A stretch of DNA of 64,000 nucleotides, taken from NCBI RefSeq assembly GCF_009914755.1, contig NC_060933.1; one strand, written 5' to 3'. The notes under the pieces are model-generated. The model saw only the letters and a program-made list of their open reading frames with translations, made no database searches and was not told the origin of the DNA. This document shows positions 12,486 to 27,165 of this stretch, in pieces. Position numbers and translations under genes: made by a program. The DNA comes from the human T2T-CHM13v2.0 reference genome, Homo sapiens. Each line of letters begins with the position of its first letter. The first letter of the stretch is position 1.

Positions 12486-14422
12486 ATAATAAAAATGCTA
12501 TCAGTTTTTAGCAGTCAAACTCCCCTTTTGTGGGCTTTGTAGTGCAAAAGGGTTATGGTACAAAGAGTAATTCTTGAAATGGGATTTACTCTATGTCTAA
12601 TACCCAGATGTTACTATTTACTATTTGTTTTTAGAGTAAACTAACCTAAGGAAGTGAAGTTGGTTGAAGCAGTGGGTTTGCTGTTAACACATATGTTCAA
12701 ACATTTCAGCAAAAATAATTCATGTTTCAACTAGAGAATTCACATAATTGCTGCAGTTCTCCACTCTAATTTACTTAAGCAAACCTTCCTTGATACAGGA
12801 AAAGTGTTTCTATACTTTCAGAAGCAATGCCTGTGTAAAAATATTGGAGAAGCAGATGGGTAGCATATTTTTAAGGAAGAAACTTAGAGGCTTATAATGT
12901 TAATGCACTAAGATAAAATTAGCAATATATTAAAAAAAAGAAACCTAAGTAGTGGTACTTAAGTGTCTTGGAAATTTATGCACATATCTATCAATAGAAC
13001 TTGAAAAATACACTGTCCTCCATCCTGTTCTGCGACTGATTTTTACTATACCTATATATTAAATGTAATAACTCATCCTGTTCTCTTAACATTCTTGGTA
13101 TCATTCGAGCTACAGAGGTTTCTGACAGTTTCAAGGACCAGCAGAATATTTCACAAATGAGGTACTTGCTACTCAACAACAGTCAGCCCTCTGATATCAA
13201 GAAATCTTTAGGCTTACCCTATGTGGTTTAGTTGTATTAATGAGTCCTAAATAACATTGTGTTTCTTTCTTTGAATAAGTGCATTCAACAAAATTTTAAC
13301 CATGCTTCTTTCTTACTGAAGCTAAGTAACATGCAGCAAAAACACAGTCATAAAGAAAGTGAAAAAATAATTTATATATCCTTTATCTTATAGAATAAGA
13401 AATCTGAAGAAGATAATGTTTCTTTTGTTCTAAAAAACTTCTGGACTTTTATTAAGAGACAAAAACCACTTCAATAGTGTAAAAATTGAGTCTTCAGAAT
13501 GGTGTACCTTTTAACATCTGGTCACAGATAACTTTTGAAATTATTGCTGCAAAATAAAATGATTTCACAAGATTACAGCTAGAGGTTGGCACTTAATTTT
13601 CAAGCAATGTTGAGAAATTTTATGTGCCTTTCACTTGCAGCCCCAAGTAATTATCCCTACCAGAAAAGAACTGGACCAAGAGGCACTAGGGGTGCTGGCC
13701 AAGCATGTCTTTCTTGTGTCCCAAGAGAGAACTGTTGGATGTGGCAGAGGAGATGACTGGCTTCTGGGACTGTGATGTCTTAGCACCTGGCAACTTGCTC
13801 TCACCCTAGGGCTATAGCTGGCTTGGCACAGCAAGGAGTAGGAGAGGGCTTTAATATGATACAGGCATTCAGAAAGGCTCAGGAGAGATGACACTATTCG
13901 TACTAAATCATGAGGTTCAAAAATTGTTCATAAGGAACTTAAGTTTTGACTTCGAGCAAGATCAGTTATTCGGTAGCTATTTTTTCCCTGTAATTTAAGA
14001 ATAATTATGTCAGATACATTACACTAAATGTCTACTATGTTTAAAGAATTTGCTCAGGAATGATAACATTTGTTGCTTGCATAAAATTAAAACCCATATG
14101 ATTCAAGGTTAATTCTCTTGTACTAATAAACATAAAAGTACAAGAAATGTCTTCTTAAGAGTACATACATTTGTAAAAACATAAAATGTAAATTTGGCTT
14201 TGAAACATGCATTTACTGCTTAATAAAAATTTCATGTACAAACTTTTTCTTTACATTTCTTCCCAAACATCAAGAATTCTGTGCCATAATACAGAAGATG
14301 GCTAGGAGGCAGGCAGTGGAAACATCAATGTTACAGTCACATCACAATTTTTGTTTCATTTTCTACAAGATCTCTGCTTGAATATAGGTTAATTTTCACA
14401 AACATAAAAGTATATGTTTTAT

Positions 14423-15079
14423 GCCTTAAAAAGTATTTTTTTTGTCTTTCGGCCAGTGCCGAGTGGAATGACTGGTTTGGGAAAGGAGGAGGGACTGGGT
14501 TCAGCTGTGGTGCTTTGTTGTAAAAGGCAGCCTGGCCTTTGCTACTGAGGAGAAAGATGAAGCCTCGGTCTCAAGTCCAAGTCCACCTTTGCTGTACCTT
14601 TGCCACATGGTACTGTATGCTTGCTGGCTAGAAGGAGGGTGAGGGATTTTTAGAGTCTGAGAATGAGTGTGTTTGAGTGAGTGGTATCCGCATTCTCAAC
14701 TTCAAGTCATTGAAGCTTTTTTTTCCCAGAAAACAGGGGATAGATGTTTCATTTCCTAAAACTAACTGAAGTTTGCTTTACTGATGCAGCACAACAGATG
14801 TAAACAAACAAACAAAAAAAAAAACAGAAGAAAACAAAAAGAGGAAAGATGCTTTTTAGGTTTTTGTTTGTTTGTTTGTTTTTGTTACTCTAGGGAAAAC
14901 ACTGATGAAAGGTCAGAGCTCCTATCCTGATCTTTTCATCAAGGCGCCTTTCCTAATAATATGGTTCAACTGTGAATGTAGAAGTTGGGGGGAGGGGGGA
15001 GAAAAAAACCTCTGGAGTTAGAGGATATAGAAAAATAAAAGTAAAATTGTTACAAATAAAGAATGCAGACTTCAAAAAC
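14423..15079 (+). pseudogene. Processed-pseudogene fragment: upstream part of the same mRNA 3'-UTR
   Basis: Non-TE, UTR-like sequence, more GC-rich than its flanks, ending gcagacttcaaaaac, which joins the two inverted terminal pieces. Recalled similarity to the LARP1 3'-UTR (unverified); left boundary approximate. Confidence 0.62.
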
Positions 15080-15084
15080 TCAGT

Positions 15085-15290
15085 GTTGAATAGCAAAATG
15101 AACAGAAGTAGGTTCAATTCTGGATCTCTCAGTTACTGTTTTGCCTTGTACATCTTGTTTAAAGTCTGTGAGCTTTAGTTTCCTTATCCATCATCGGACA
15201 TAATGTCATTTACTTCATAGATCTAGTGCCAATTTAACAAAGTTAATGTTTGTAAAATGTTTAGAGCATAGGTAACATAAATGTAGGTCA
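15085..15290 (+). mobile_element. MIR fragment
   Basis: ggttcaattctggatct...ctgtgagctttagtttccttatc...tacttcatag...tgtaaaatgtttagagcatag. Confidence 0.55.
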
Positions 15291-15690
15291 CATTTATCTA
15301 ACTTGTGTCATGTGAACCTCAATTACAGAACATGACAACATTAATATTTTCATTTTATGCATAAAATTTGAAGTATTACAAATATTTACTACGACTAGTG
15401 AATTATTGGTTGTTATTCTTGCTATATGACAATACAACTTTAACTGGTAAACTAAAATATCTACTATTCTTTGTTAGCACCTTAAAAATCTTACTATTCA
15501 TTATGTACAATAAAACTTTCTCAAGGGATTATTATAACTATTATTCTTATAATTTAAAGCTTTATTTATGCTATATAATAATTTCATCCAGGTTCTCATT
15601 AATTCATGTGCTATTGCTTCCCCTATAAAAGCATCTAAAATTAGTCACTTTTGGAATTAATGTCAGAGAGTAAAAAAAACGCTAGGAAGA

Positions 15691-16005
<315 letters not shown>

Positions 16006-16100
16006 AAACACAAAGAAGAATGCCAAGCTACCACCAAGTCAAAATGTTAGCTTAGGAGATAGTACTCCTAAATGTTACAGATAATGATAGAAAATATATG

Positions 16101-16367
16101 TTTTTTTCAGTTTCCAAATGGTTGTTTTGTCAGATTATTTGAACATTAAATTTATCCTGTTTGCAATCCAAAATAGTTACCAGAAATTTGCTGTTTTGTG
16201 TGTATGTGTGTGTTTACTTTTATTGTATATTTGTTTTTCTAAACTCTGGCATGATTTTCGGGGGGTGTTCAGACTGCCACAGTACAAATTAGGAGAGGAC
16301 ATTTTCTTTGTGCTGCTAATTCTGATAATTTAAATTTTGGTTTGTTTGGGTTGTGACTTTTTTGTTT
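16101..16367 (-). pseudogene. Processed-pseudogene terminal 3'-UTR segment, copy 2
   Basis: 16068-16367 aligns to 9968-10263 at roughly 93-95% identity with a few indels. Confidence 0.65.
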
Positions 16368-16599
16368 CAAATATGGCTCACCTTATGAGTATGGACCATG
16401 AGTTACATCTGGGTTACATATCACCAAAGAGACAGGAGAAACAGACATCAGATATTTTCTTTAAGAAGCGTGTAACTCTAGAGATACACACACAAGGATA
16501 ACATATACTTTAGTGTGATGGTGTGTGGTGATGGCTATCAATGTTTTAAGGGAGTAACAGGTAATCAGTTGAAGGCAAAGAAAGTTGCTTAGAACAGGG

Positions 16600-17210
16600 A
16601 AATAAGCATACTGTGCACTCAACATTCCCCAGGCATCTGCTGTGTGCCAGAAACTGCCCAGTCATTGTGTTTACAAAGAGAAACATACACAATTCTGATC
16701 TCAGTCTCATGGGAGAGAAATATAAGGAATATGAAATTATACTGCACAGTAATTAGGATTTACATAAAGTTTAATGTAAGGTTTTGTAAAAGCATCAAAG
16801 GGACAATTAATGTAGCCTTTTAGGGTAGGGGTTGGGGGGTGGGGATATTACATTAACAAATAATCCTCCAAAAGGAAATACCTGAAAAATGTTGAAGGTC
16901 AAGTAAAAATTATGCCGATAAAAAGAATGGGGATGTTAAAGCACCGCAGACAGAACAAACAGCATGTGGAAAGCTTCAGCTGTGAGCAAGTAGTAGCTAC
17001 TTAAGACAACTGGTCAGTAGGTGTGTTAAGAGTGGCAAGTGATAAAACAAGAGACAGAAGCCAGGGTAAGTCAGGAAGGACATTTTATATTTAAAACAAT
17101 TGGGAGGCATGGAATGTTTTAAGCCAGAGACTGATGGATCAATGTGACTACAATATAGGAACAGATTAGAGGGTCTTGACAAGGGAGGCAAAGAAAAGAG
17201 ATACTGATTT
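16600..17210 (-). mobile_element. L2 fragments
   Basis: ggcatctgctgtgtgccag, gcagacagaacaaacagcatgtggaaagc, gggaggcatggaatgttttaagccag; boundaries approximate. Confidence 0.5.
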
Positions 17211-17905
17211 CTGAAATTAGTTAAGAAAATGGTGAATGTTTGAATGATGGATTAAGACAAATACGTGTTCAATATATATGACAAGCGGTGACATAAAATG
17301 TTCCATTAGTGACAACTAAGTGACAGAAATATGTATTTAACTGTTTTATTATGTTTGTGTTTGAAATTTTTAAATAAAATATATAAAATCACTTTAAATG
17401 AATTGGTAATATACTGTTCATTATATTGTGATAAAAGGTGATTATTGATAATGCAAAGATATTAAAAGATGCTCTGCATGAGACTAATTCAATGATTTCT
17501 AAAATCAATTACAATGATACATTTCTACATTAGGAACTTTTCATAGTTCTATGAAAAAGAGTCACATATGCTCTTTAAATAGTTTTTTAATGATATAATT
17601 AACAAAAAACATGTTTGAAGAAAAGTTAAATATTCATAACTCAAAAATAAGGAAGATTTTCTTTTTATAAGTGGAATCTACTAAAATTTTCTCTAACAAA
17701 AGAGGGACAAGAAAAATACATAAATAAGTTACATATAAGAACTACGTACAAAGTGGAAAAAGTGAAATAGCATTGGTCCTTACCCTGGGAGCACTCAAAA
17801 GCTTTCTTCGGTACATAGGACGTGGGACAAATCTTTAAGGAAGGGTTTTAGCGTGATGATAGAAGATGTATGGGTCTTGGCATATTCACTGAAAATAAAT
17901 AAATT

Positions 17906-18250
17906 AGACAGGGCCCAGTGGTTCATGCCTATAACCCCAGCAGTTTGGGAGGCTGAGACAGGAGGATTGCTTGAGTCCAGGAATTCAAGTCCAGTCTGGG
18001 CAACATAGCAAGACTCTGTCTCTACAAAAAATTAAAAATAGCCAGGTGTGGTGGTGCATGCCTGTAGTTCCAGCTACTTGGGAGACTAAAGTGGGAGGAT
18101 TGCTTGAGCCCAGGAGATCAAGGCTGTAATGAGCCATGATTGTACCACTGCACTCAGCCGGGGCAATAAGTGAGATCCTGTCTCAAAATATAAATTAATA
18201 AAAATCAATCAAAATCAATCAATAAAAACAAATAAAATTTTAAAAATAAA
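17906..18250 (+). mobile_element. AluJ (Jo/Jr) SINE
   Basis: J diagnostics ggaggattgcttgagtccagg, gggcaacatagcaagac, ggattgcttgagcccaggag...aaggctg. Confidence 0.9.
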
Positions 18251-18399
18251 AATGAAAAATTTAAAGTTATTATATTCTTTCTAACCAGTGAAATTAACTA
18301 AAGTTTCCTAGTCTCCATGTAAGAATAAATTTTCTTTATTTCATACTACTAGAAATTAAAAGATTACTAGAAATCCAAAAGAATAATTCTTAATAGTGT

Positions 18400-19970
18400 A
18401 AACATTATGTTAAGAATGACTCAAAGATGATCACATATGTTGCAACTTTATAGCATTATGCTAAATATTCTAGCTAATGCAATGATATATGAAGAAAAAG
18501 AAAAATACACATACCAGAGAAGATAAATACCAGATTAACATACAAAATAAATATCTTTCTATACAACAGTATAACCCATTTAAAAAGAATGGAACATTAC
18601 AATTGCAATTGAAGCCTTAAAATAATATAAGAATTAACTAAAACAAATAAGGATATTTAATAAGGAGATATCCAGTTGAGAAAAGTAGAGATATATAACA
18701 TTCTAGATTAGAAGACTCAATATTTTTAAATGATGATTCTCACAAAGGTAATGAAAATAAAAAACTTGTAAGATGATTTGTGCATCTTGGCCTTCAGATT
18801 CCAAGGTTCTAGAAGGAACAAATTAGGGGAAAAAAGTATAATGTAATTTTTTTTTTAGATGGAGTCTCACTCTGTCGCCAGGCTGGAGCGCATTGGCGCT
18901 TTTTTGGCTCGCTGCAACCTCTGCCTCCTGGGTTCAAGCGATTCTCCTGCCTCAGCCTCCTGAGTAGCTGAGACTACAGGCACGCGCCACCACACCCGGC
19001 TAATTTTTGTATTTTTAGTAGTGATGGGGTTTCACCATGTAGGCCAAGATGCTCTCCATCTCTTGAGCTCGTGATCCGCCCATCTCGACGTCCAAAAAAA
19101 AAGCATAATTTTTAAAGCGAAGAACAGTGAGGGTAGATATATTCTACCAGAGATATAATTTAAAGTCAAGAAAATTAAAAAGAGTTTAAATTTAAAAGAG
19201 TATATGAGAGTTTAGTATATAATAAAGTCACATTTAAAATAAAAATAGAATAGGTTTTTCAATTTATAACACAAAAATAATTTGTGATCTGTATAGATGT
19301 AAGAATTGTAAAATTAAGTTAGAGGTTCACTTTGCAACGTGCACAGAAATAAATTCTGCATGGTTTGAAACCTATATATCAATTAAAAAACAAAGTTAGG
19401 AGGAAATATAAAATAATTATATTGTAATTTTATTAGAAGGACAGTATTTCCCAAGCCATATATATCCAAGAAGCCATAGAGAAAAAAAGACCCACAAATG
19501 TGACCATAGAAATAAATGAAAATCTTCCCTGCCAAAGCTGTGAGTTATAAGACTTCTGATATATTAAACAGTAAAGAATTGTGTTATGATTGGTGGAACT
19601 ATTTATGAATGCTATAATATTTAATGGATAAATATATAAACTATATTAAAAGGTCCAACTACTCAATAATTTAAAAAAATTAAAAGAACCTAATAGAAAT
19701 GAATCATGGAAGTACTATTACTAAAAGTAATGACTAATACTAATCATAGAAATACAAATTTAGACAGAAAAAAATGTTTTTGAGCATGGGAAAAATAATT
19801 ATTGAAAATATCCAATATTAGGCAGTGATGTGAAATATATATTCTTGTTGACTGTTGTTAAGAGCATATATTGGTATAGCAGTTTGTAAGATGATTTGGG
19901 ATTAGCTATATCAATATGTCAAAAATGCAAACTCTTTTACCCTATTCCACTTCTAAGGATTTTTCACGAG
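18400..19970 (+). mobile_element. Highly diverged L1M/L1ME ORF2-3' fragments
   Basis: A-rich sequence with L1 remnants (ttctagctaatgcaat, gattagaagactcaatatt, cttttaccctattccacttctaaggattt). Confidence 0.5.
18847..19096 (-). mobile_element. AluSc, 5'-truncated
   Basis: Sc diagnostics ctgtcgccaggc and ctcttgagctcgtgatc; lacks about 45 nt of the 5' end. Confidence 0.88.
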
Positions 19971-20102
19971 CAAAAATGCTATTTCAAAATGGCTGTATTT
20001 TCAGATTGTAGCTACACTATTCTGTGATCTCTTTTGTACAATAGTCAAATACGAGAGAGAATTAGGAAACGAAAGTTAAATTTGTGTGTGTGTGTTCCAG
20101 GT

Positions 20103-20414
20103 CAGTGCTTTCAAATATGTGAGCCATGTATGTCATTTTAAATATTCCGATGACTACACTTTAAAAGGCAAACATAAATGCAAAAATAATTTTAATAATA
20201 TATTTGATTTAGCCCCATATATCTAAAATATTATCATTTCAATTTTGGATCAATGTAGATATTGTTAGCTATATATTTGCACTCTTTTTCCTTACTATGT
20301 CTTCAAAATCTGGTTTGTATATTATAAAACACAGCACATCTCAGTTAGGACTAGCCATACTTCAAGTGCTCAATAATCACATGTGGCTAACGGTTACCAT
20401 ACTGGAGAGTGTAC
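20103..20414 (-). mobile_element. MER33 (hAT-Charlie) DNA transposon relic
   Basis: aataattttaataatatatttgattta, gcacatctcagttaggactagccatacttcaagtgctcaataatcacatgtggcta...ccatactggagagtg. Confidence 0.75.
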
Positions 20415-21141
20415 TTCTACATTGCAGTGTGTCAGACATAATTTTCACCATTATATCTCTGAGATCAGTGATCTGCACTTAAGCTTATGGATCATACCTA
20501 TGACATAGGTATGATCTGTTACTGTCACCAAAGCTAATATTAGACATTGGAATCTAACCATCCACTGTGCTCACATTACTGTACATTTTGTACAAAGACC
20601 TGAGTGACACCAACGTTACCAACTTGCTTTTGTTAACAAAAAACAGGATCAAATAGTAGAAAAGGAATTGATGTTTTTAATCAATAATATCGGTTGAATG
20701 AATGGGCTTTAACAATTGTAGTCCAATTGTGCAATAAAAAGCTGTGTGGTCTTGATCAAATCATTTTGAATCTGTCTATCTCAGAGTTTACAGCTTTAAA
20801 ACACCTACCTAACAGGGCAGTAAAGCTGTTGTGTGAAATCAATATCATTGCTTTCCAGATTTCGTTATTTACGCTATCTTTTTCCAAAATGAATTAATTA
20901 GTTAACTACTTGTAGACATATATAGAATTCAAATGATAAAAGCAGATGCCATTTTAAAACTGAAGAAATTTGGCAATACAAAGTTAAGATACAGAAATAA
21001 AATTACAGCAGGGCTAGAATCAGAACTTAATATGCTACCATAAGATTCTATGTAAAAATTTTGCCCCAAAATTAGTTACATTATTTTTCAGACAGAGCAA
21101 TTAAAAAAAAAAACAATATCTGATTTGAGTTACAAAGTTGT

Positions 21142-23419
21142 TGATATGGTTTGGCTCTGTGTCCCCACCCAAATCTCATCTTGTACCTCCCATAATTCCC
21201 ACGTGTTGTGGGAGGGACCAGGTGGGAGATGATTGAATCATGGGAGTGGGTCTTTCCCATGGGGTTCTTGTGATAGTGAATGGCTCTCACAAGATTTGAT
21301 GGTTTTAAAAAACAGGAGTTTCTCTGCACGAGCTCTTTTTTTTTTTTTTGCTTGCCGCCATTCATATAAGATGTGACTTGTGCCTGCTTGCCTTCCACCA
21401 TGATTGTGAGGCCTCTCCAGGCATGTGGAAATGTAAGTCAAATTAAACCTCTGTCTTTTGTAAATTGCCCAGTCTCGGGTATGTCTTTATCAACAGCATG
21501 AAAACATACTAATACAGTAAATTGGTACATGGGTAGGGTGTTGCTGAAAAGACACCCGAAAATGTGAAAGTGACTTTGAAACCGGGTAACACGCAGAGGT
21601 TGAAACAGTTTGGAGGGCTCAAAGAAGATAGGAAAATGTGGGAAAGTTTGGAACTTCCTAGAGACTTGTTGAATGGCTTTGACAAAAATGCTGATAGCGA
21701 TATGAACAATAAGGTCAAGGCTGAGGTGGTTTCAGATGGAGATGAGGAACTTGTTGGGAACTGGAGCAAAGGTGACTCTTGTTATGTTTTAGCAAAGAGA
21801 CTGGTGGCATTTTGCCCCTGCCCTAGAGATTTGTGGAACTTTGAACTTGAGAGAGATGATTTAGGGTATGTGGAGAAGGAAATTTTTAATTAACAACATA
21901 TTCAAGAGGTGCCATGGGTGCTGTTAAAGGCATTCAGTTTTATAAGGAAAGCAGAGCATAAAAGTTCAGAAAATTTGCAGCCTGACGATGCGATAGAAAA
22001 GAAAATCCCATTTTCTGAAGAGAAATTCAAGCCGGCTGCAGAAATTTGCATTAGTAACAAGAAGCTGAACGTTAATCACTAAGACCATGGGGAAAATGTC
22101 TCCAAGGCATGTCAGAGGTTTCCATGGCAGTCCCTCCCATCACAGGCCTATAAGCCTAGGAGAAAAAAGTGGTTCCATGGGTCAGGCCCAGGGTTCCTGT
22201 GCTGTGTGCATCCCAGCTGCTCCAGCTGTGGCCGAAAGGGACCAAATAAAGCTTGGGCTGTGGCTTCAGGGGGTGCAAGCCTCAAGCCTTGGCAGCTTTC
22301 ACATGGTGTTGGGCCTGCAAGTGCACAGAAGTCAAAAATTGAGGTTGGGGAGTCTCTGCATGGATTTCAGAAGATGTATGAAAACACCTGGATGCCCAGG
22401 TAGAAGTTTGCCGCATGGGCAGGACTCTCACAGAGGACCTCTGCTAGGGCAATGCAGAAGAGAAATGTGGGGTTGGAGCCCGCATACAGAGTCCCTACGG
22501 GGGCAATGCCTAGTGGAGGTGTGAGAAGAGGTTACTGTCCTCCAGACCCCACAATGGTGGATCCACTGACAGCTTGCACTGTGCCCCTGGAAAAGCCTCA
22601 GACACTCAACATCAGCCCATGAAGGCAGCCAGGAGGGAGGCTGTATCCTGCAAAGCCACAGGGACGGAGCTGCCCAAGTCCATGAAAACCCACCTCTTTC
22701 ATCAGAATGACCTGGATGTGAGACATGGAGTTAAAGGAGATCATTTTGGAGCTTTAAGATTTGACTGCCCTGCTGGATTTCAGACTTGCACAGGGCCTAT
22801 AACCCCTTCGTTTTGGCCAATTTCTCCCATTTGGAATGGCTGTATTTACCCAGTGCCTGTATGCCCATTATATCTAGGAAGTAACTAACTTGCTTTTGAT
22901 TTTACAGGCTCATAGGCAGAAGAGACTTGCCTTGTCTCAGATCAGACTTGGACTGTGGACTTTTGAGTTAATACTGAAATGAGTTGGGACTTTGGGAGAC
23001 TGTTGGGAAGGCATGATTGGTTTTGAAATGTAAAGATATGAGATTTGGGAGGGGCCGGGGATGGAAAGACATGGTTTGGCTCTGTGTCCCCACCCTGTTC
23101 CCATAATTCCCACGTGTTGTGGGAGGGACCCTGTGGGAGATGATTGAATCATGGGGGTGGGTCTTTCCCTTGCAGTTCTCATGACAGTGAATGGTTCTCA
23201 CAAGATCTGATGGTTTTAAAATCAGAGTTTCTCTGCACAATTTCACTCTCTTTGCCTGCTGCCATCCACATAAGATGTGACTTGCTCCTTCTTGCCTTCC
23301 ACCATGATTGTGAGGCCTCCCCAGCCACGTGGAACTGTAAGTCCATTAAACCTCTTTCTTTTGTAAATTGCCCACTCTTGGACATGTCTTTATCAGCAGC
23401 ATGAAAACAGAGTAATACA
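21142..23419 (+). mobile_element. Full-length THE1A MaLR element (5' LTR 21142-21516, internal 21517-23066, 3' LTR 23067-23419)
   Basis: Two direct LTRs with THE1A diagnostics (ggctctgtgtcccc, gagatgattgaatc, gggtctttccc) flanking a ~1.55-kb THE1-int. ORF fragments at 21564-22888 are the broken MaLR ORF. Confidence 0.92.
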
Positions 23420-23481
23420 ACTGTATCTGTTGGTATTGGGTATATTGGCTCAAATCAGACTGCCTGAGAATGAATTCAGGG

Positions 23482-23859
23482 TGATACAGTTTGGCTCTGT
23501 GTTCCCACCCAAATCTTATTTCAAATTGTAATCCCCAGGTCTTTAGGGAGGGAACTGGTGGGAGGTGATTAGATTATGTGGGCAGTTTCCCCCATGCTAT
23601 TCTCGTCATACTGAGTGAATTCTCATGAGATCTGATAGTTTAAACGTGTGGCACTAACCCTTTGCTCGCTCACTCTCTCTCTCTCTCTCTCCTGCCACCA
23701 TGTAAGAGGTGTCTTACTTCCCCTTCACCATCTGTCATGATTTTAAGTTTCCTGAGGCCTCCTCAGCCATGTGTAATTATGAGTGAATTAAATTTCTTCT
23801 CTTTATAAATGACCCAGTCTCAGGTAGTTCTTACAGCAGTGTGAAAATGGATGAATACA
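23482..23859 (+). mobile_element. MSTA-like solo LTR inserted in a MIR (about 23445-24040)
   Basis: tgatacagtttggctctgtg...caaattgtaatcccc...aaacgtgtggcac...ccagtctcaggtagttctt...aataca; MIR motifs on both sides. Confidence 0.85.
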
Positions 23860-24202
23860 CTGGACACACCAATTTCTAGGTTTGTGACATTGGCCTTGTT
23901 TGCATCTTAGTTTATTAATAAATAAATAAGAGGTATAATAATAGTATCTTCTCTACAGGGTTTCGAGAGAATTAAATAACATGTCATGTAAGATTCTTGG
24001 AGGAATGCCTGCCACATAGTATGTTATAAACATTTGTTTATAACAATTTTATTTTTCTTTTTCTATGAAATTAAAAATGCAGACATAATGCATGCTTGGC
24101 ACTCAGCAAAATGCCTGACATAATAGTAATTTAATAAATATGTTAGTTAACATATGTATGTACCTTTAAAAATCTGAATCAAAGCTATGTTCTGCATATT
24201 CT

Positions 24203-26133
<1,931 letters not shown>

Positions 26134-26819
26134 CTAATAAATGCTAGAAAATCTTTGGCAGAGAAAAGGAAGTAAAAGAAGCCTCTCTCACTAAAAGAGT
26201 CAAGTAATCTTTTCCTACAAGGTCTGAACTGCTATCTCTGTTGATTCTGCTGATGTTGCAACCATTATCCCTTTGTAAGCCAGGATATAAAGAAAAATCT
26301 CACTGAGTAGTACCTAATGGGGGCTCTATAATGCAATACAGGGATGGTATTAACAATTTCAACAAATCGTATCCTTTCAGTAAGTGAATATTGTACAACA
26401 GAGCCATATTGTCATGGGTAATTATCATTCTTGAAGTCTCTCTCTTTTTTATGCTGCATATAATTCTATCATACAACATTCTCCTACCCTACAATGTAAC
26501 TATCAACTAACTCAGCTGTACTATCAACTTAGACACTCAGTAAAGAGCTGTTTATTGAACTGAATTTGCATTTACAGACTGTCAAATTCCATTATGACGT
26601 AAAACCTAAAGAAAAATGGAAACATTTACACCAAAATTATTAGCAAAATTAACTTTTCTGTCCCATTAAAAAGATAAACAGTTCCTGTATGAAAATTTGG
26701 TATATATTTATGAACAATTCAAACCCTAATGAACTTGGACTCTCAAGTTTATATTTGAATCTTGCATGTCACATATAAATGTTTGCACATAAAAGTATGT
26801 GGTTTAAAAAATAAATTTT

Positions 26820-27165
26820 TGCCGGGCGCAGTGGCTCACACCTGTAATCCCAGCACTTTGGGAGGCTGAGGCGGGTGGATCACGAGGTCAGGAGATCGAG
26901 ACCATCCTGGCTAACACGGTGAAACCCCATCTCTACTAAAAATACAAAAAATTAGCCGGCCGTGGTGGTGGGTGCCCGTAGTCTCAGCTACTCGGGAGGC
27001 TGAGGCAGGAGAATGGTGTGAACCCAGGAGGCGGAGCTTGCAGAGAGCTGAGGTCAGTGACTGCATTCCAGCCTGGGTGACAGAGCAAGACTCCGTCTCA
27101 AAAAATAAAATAAAATAAAATAAAATAAAATAAAAATAAAAATACATTATAATAATAATAAATAA
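26820..27165 (+). mobile_element. AluY SINE
   Basis: Y diagnostics gagatcgagaccatcctggctaacacgg, gaatggtgtgaaccc, ggagcttgcag; (TAAAA)n/(TAA)n tail; TSD aaataaatttt. Confidence 0.94.

Noticed and set aside
16823-16844. G-quadruplex motif GGGTAGGGGTTGGGGGGTGGGG
   Set aside because: Isolated and very common genome-wide; no supporting context.
21564-22888. Several 100-145 aa ORFs
   Set aside because: Decayed THE1 internal ORF with frameshifts and stops; no evidence of domestication.
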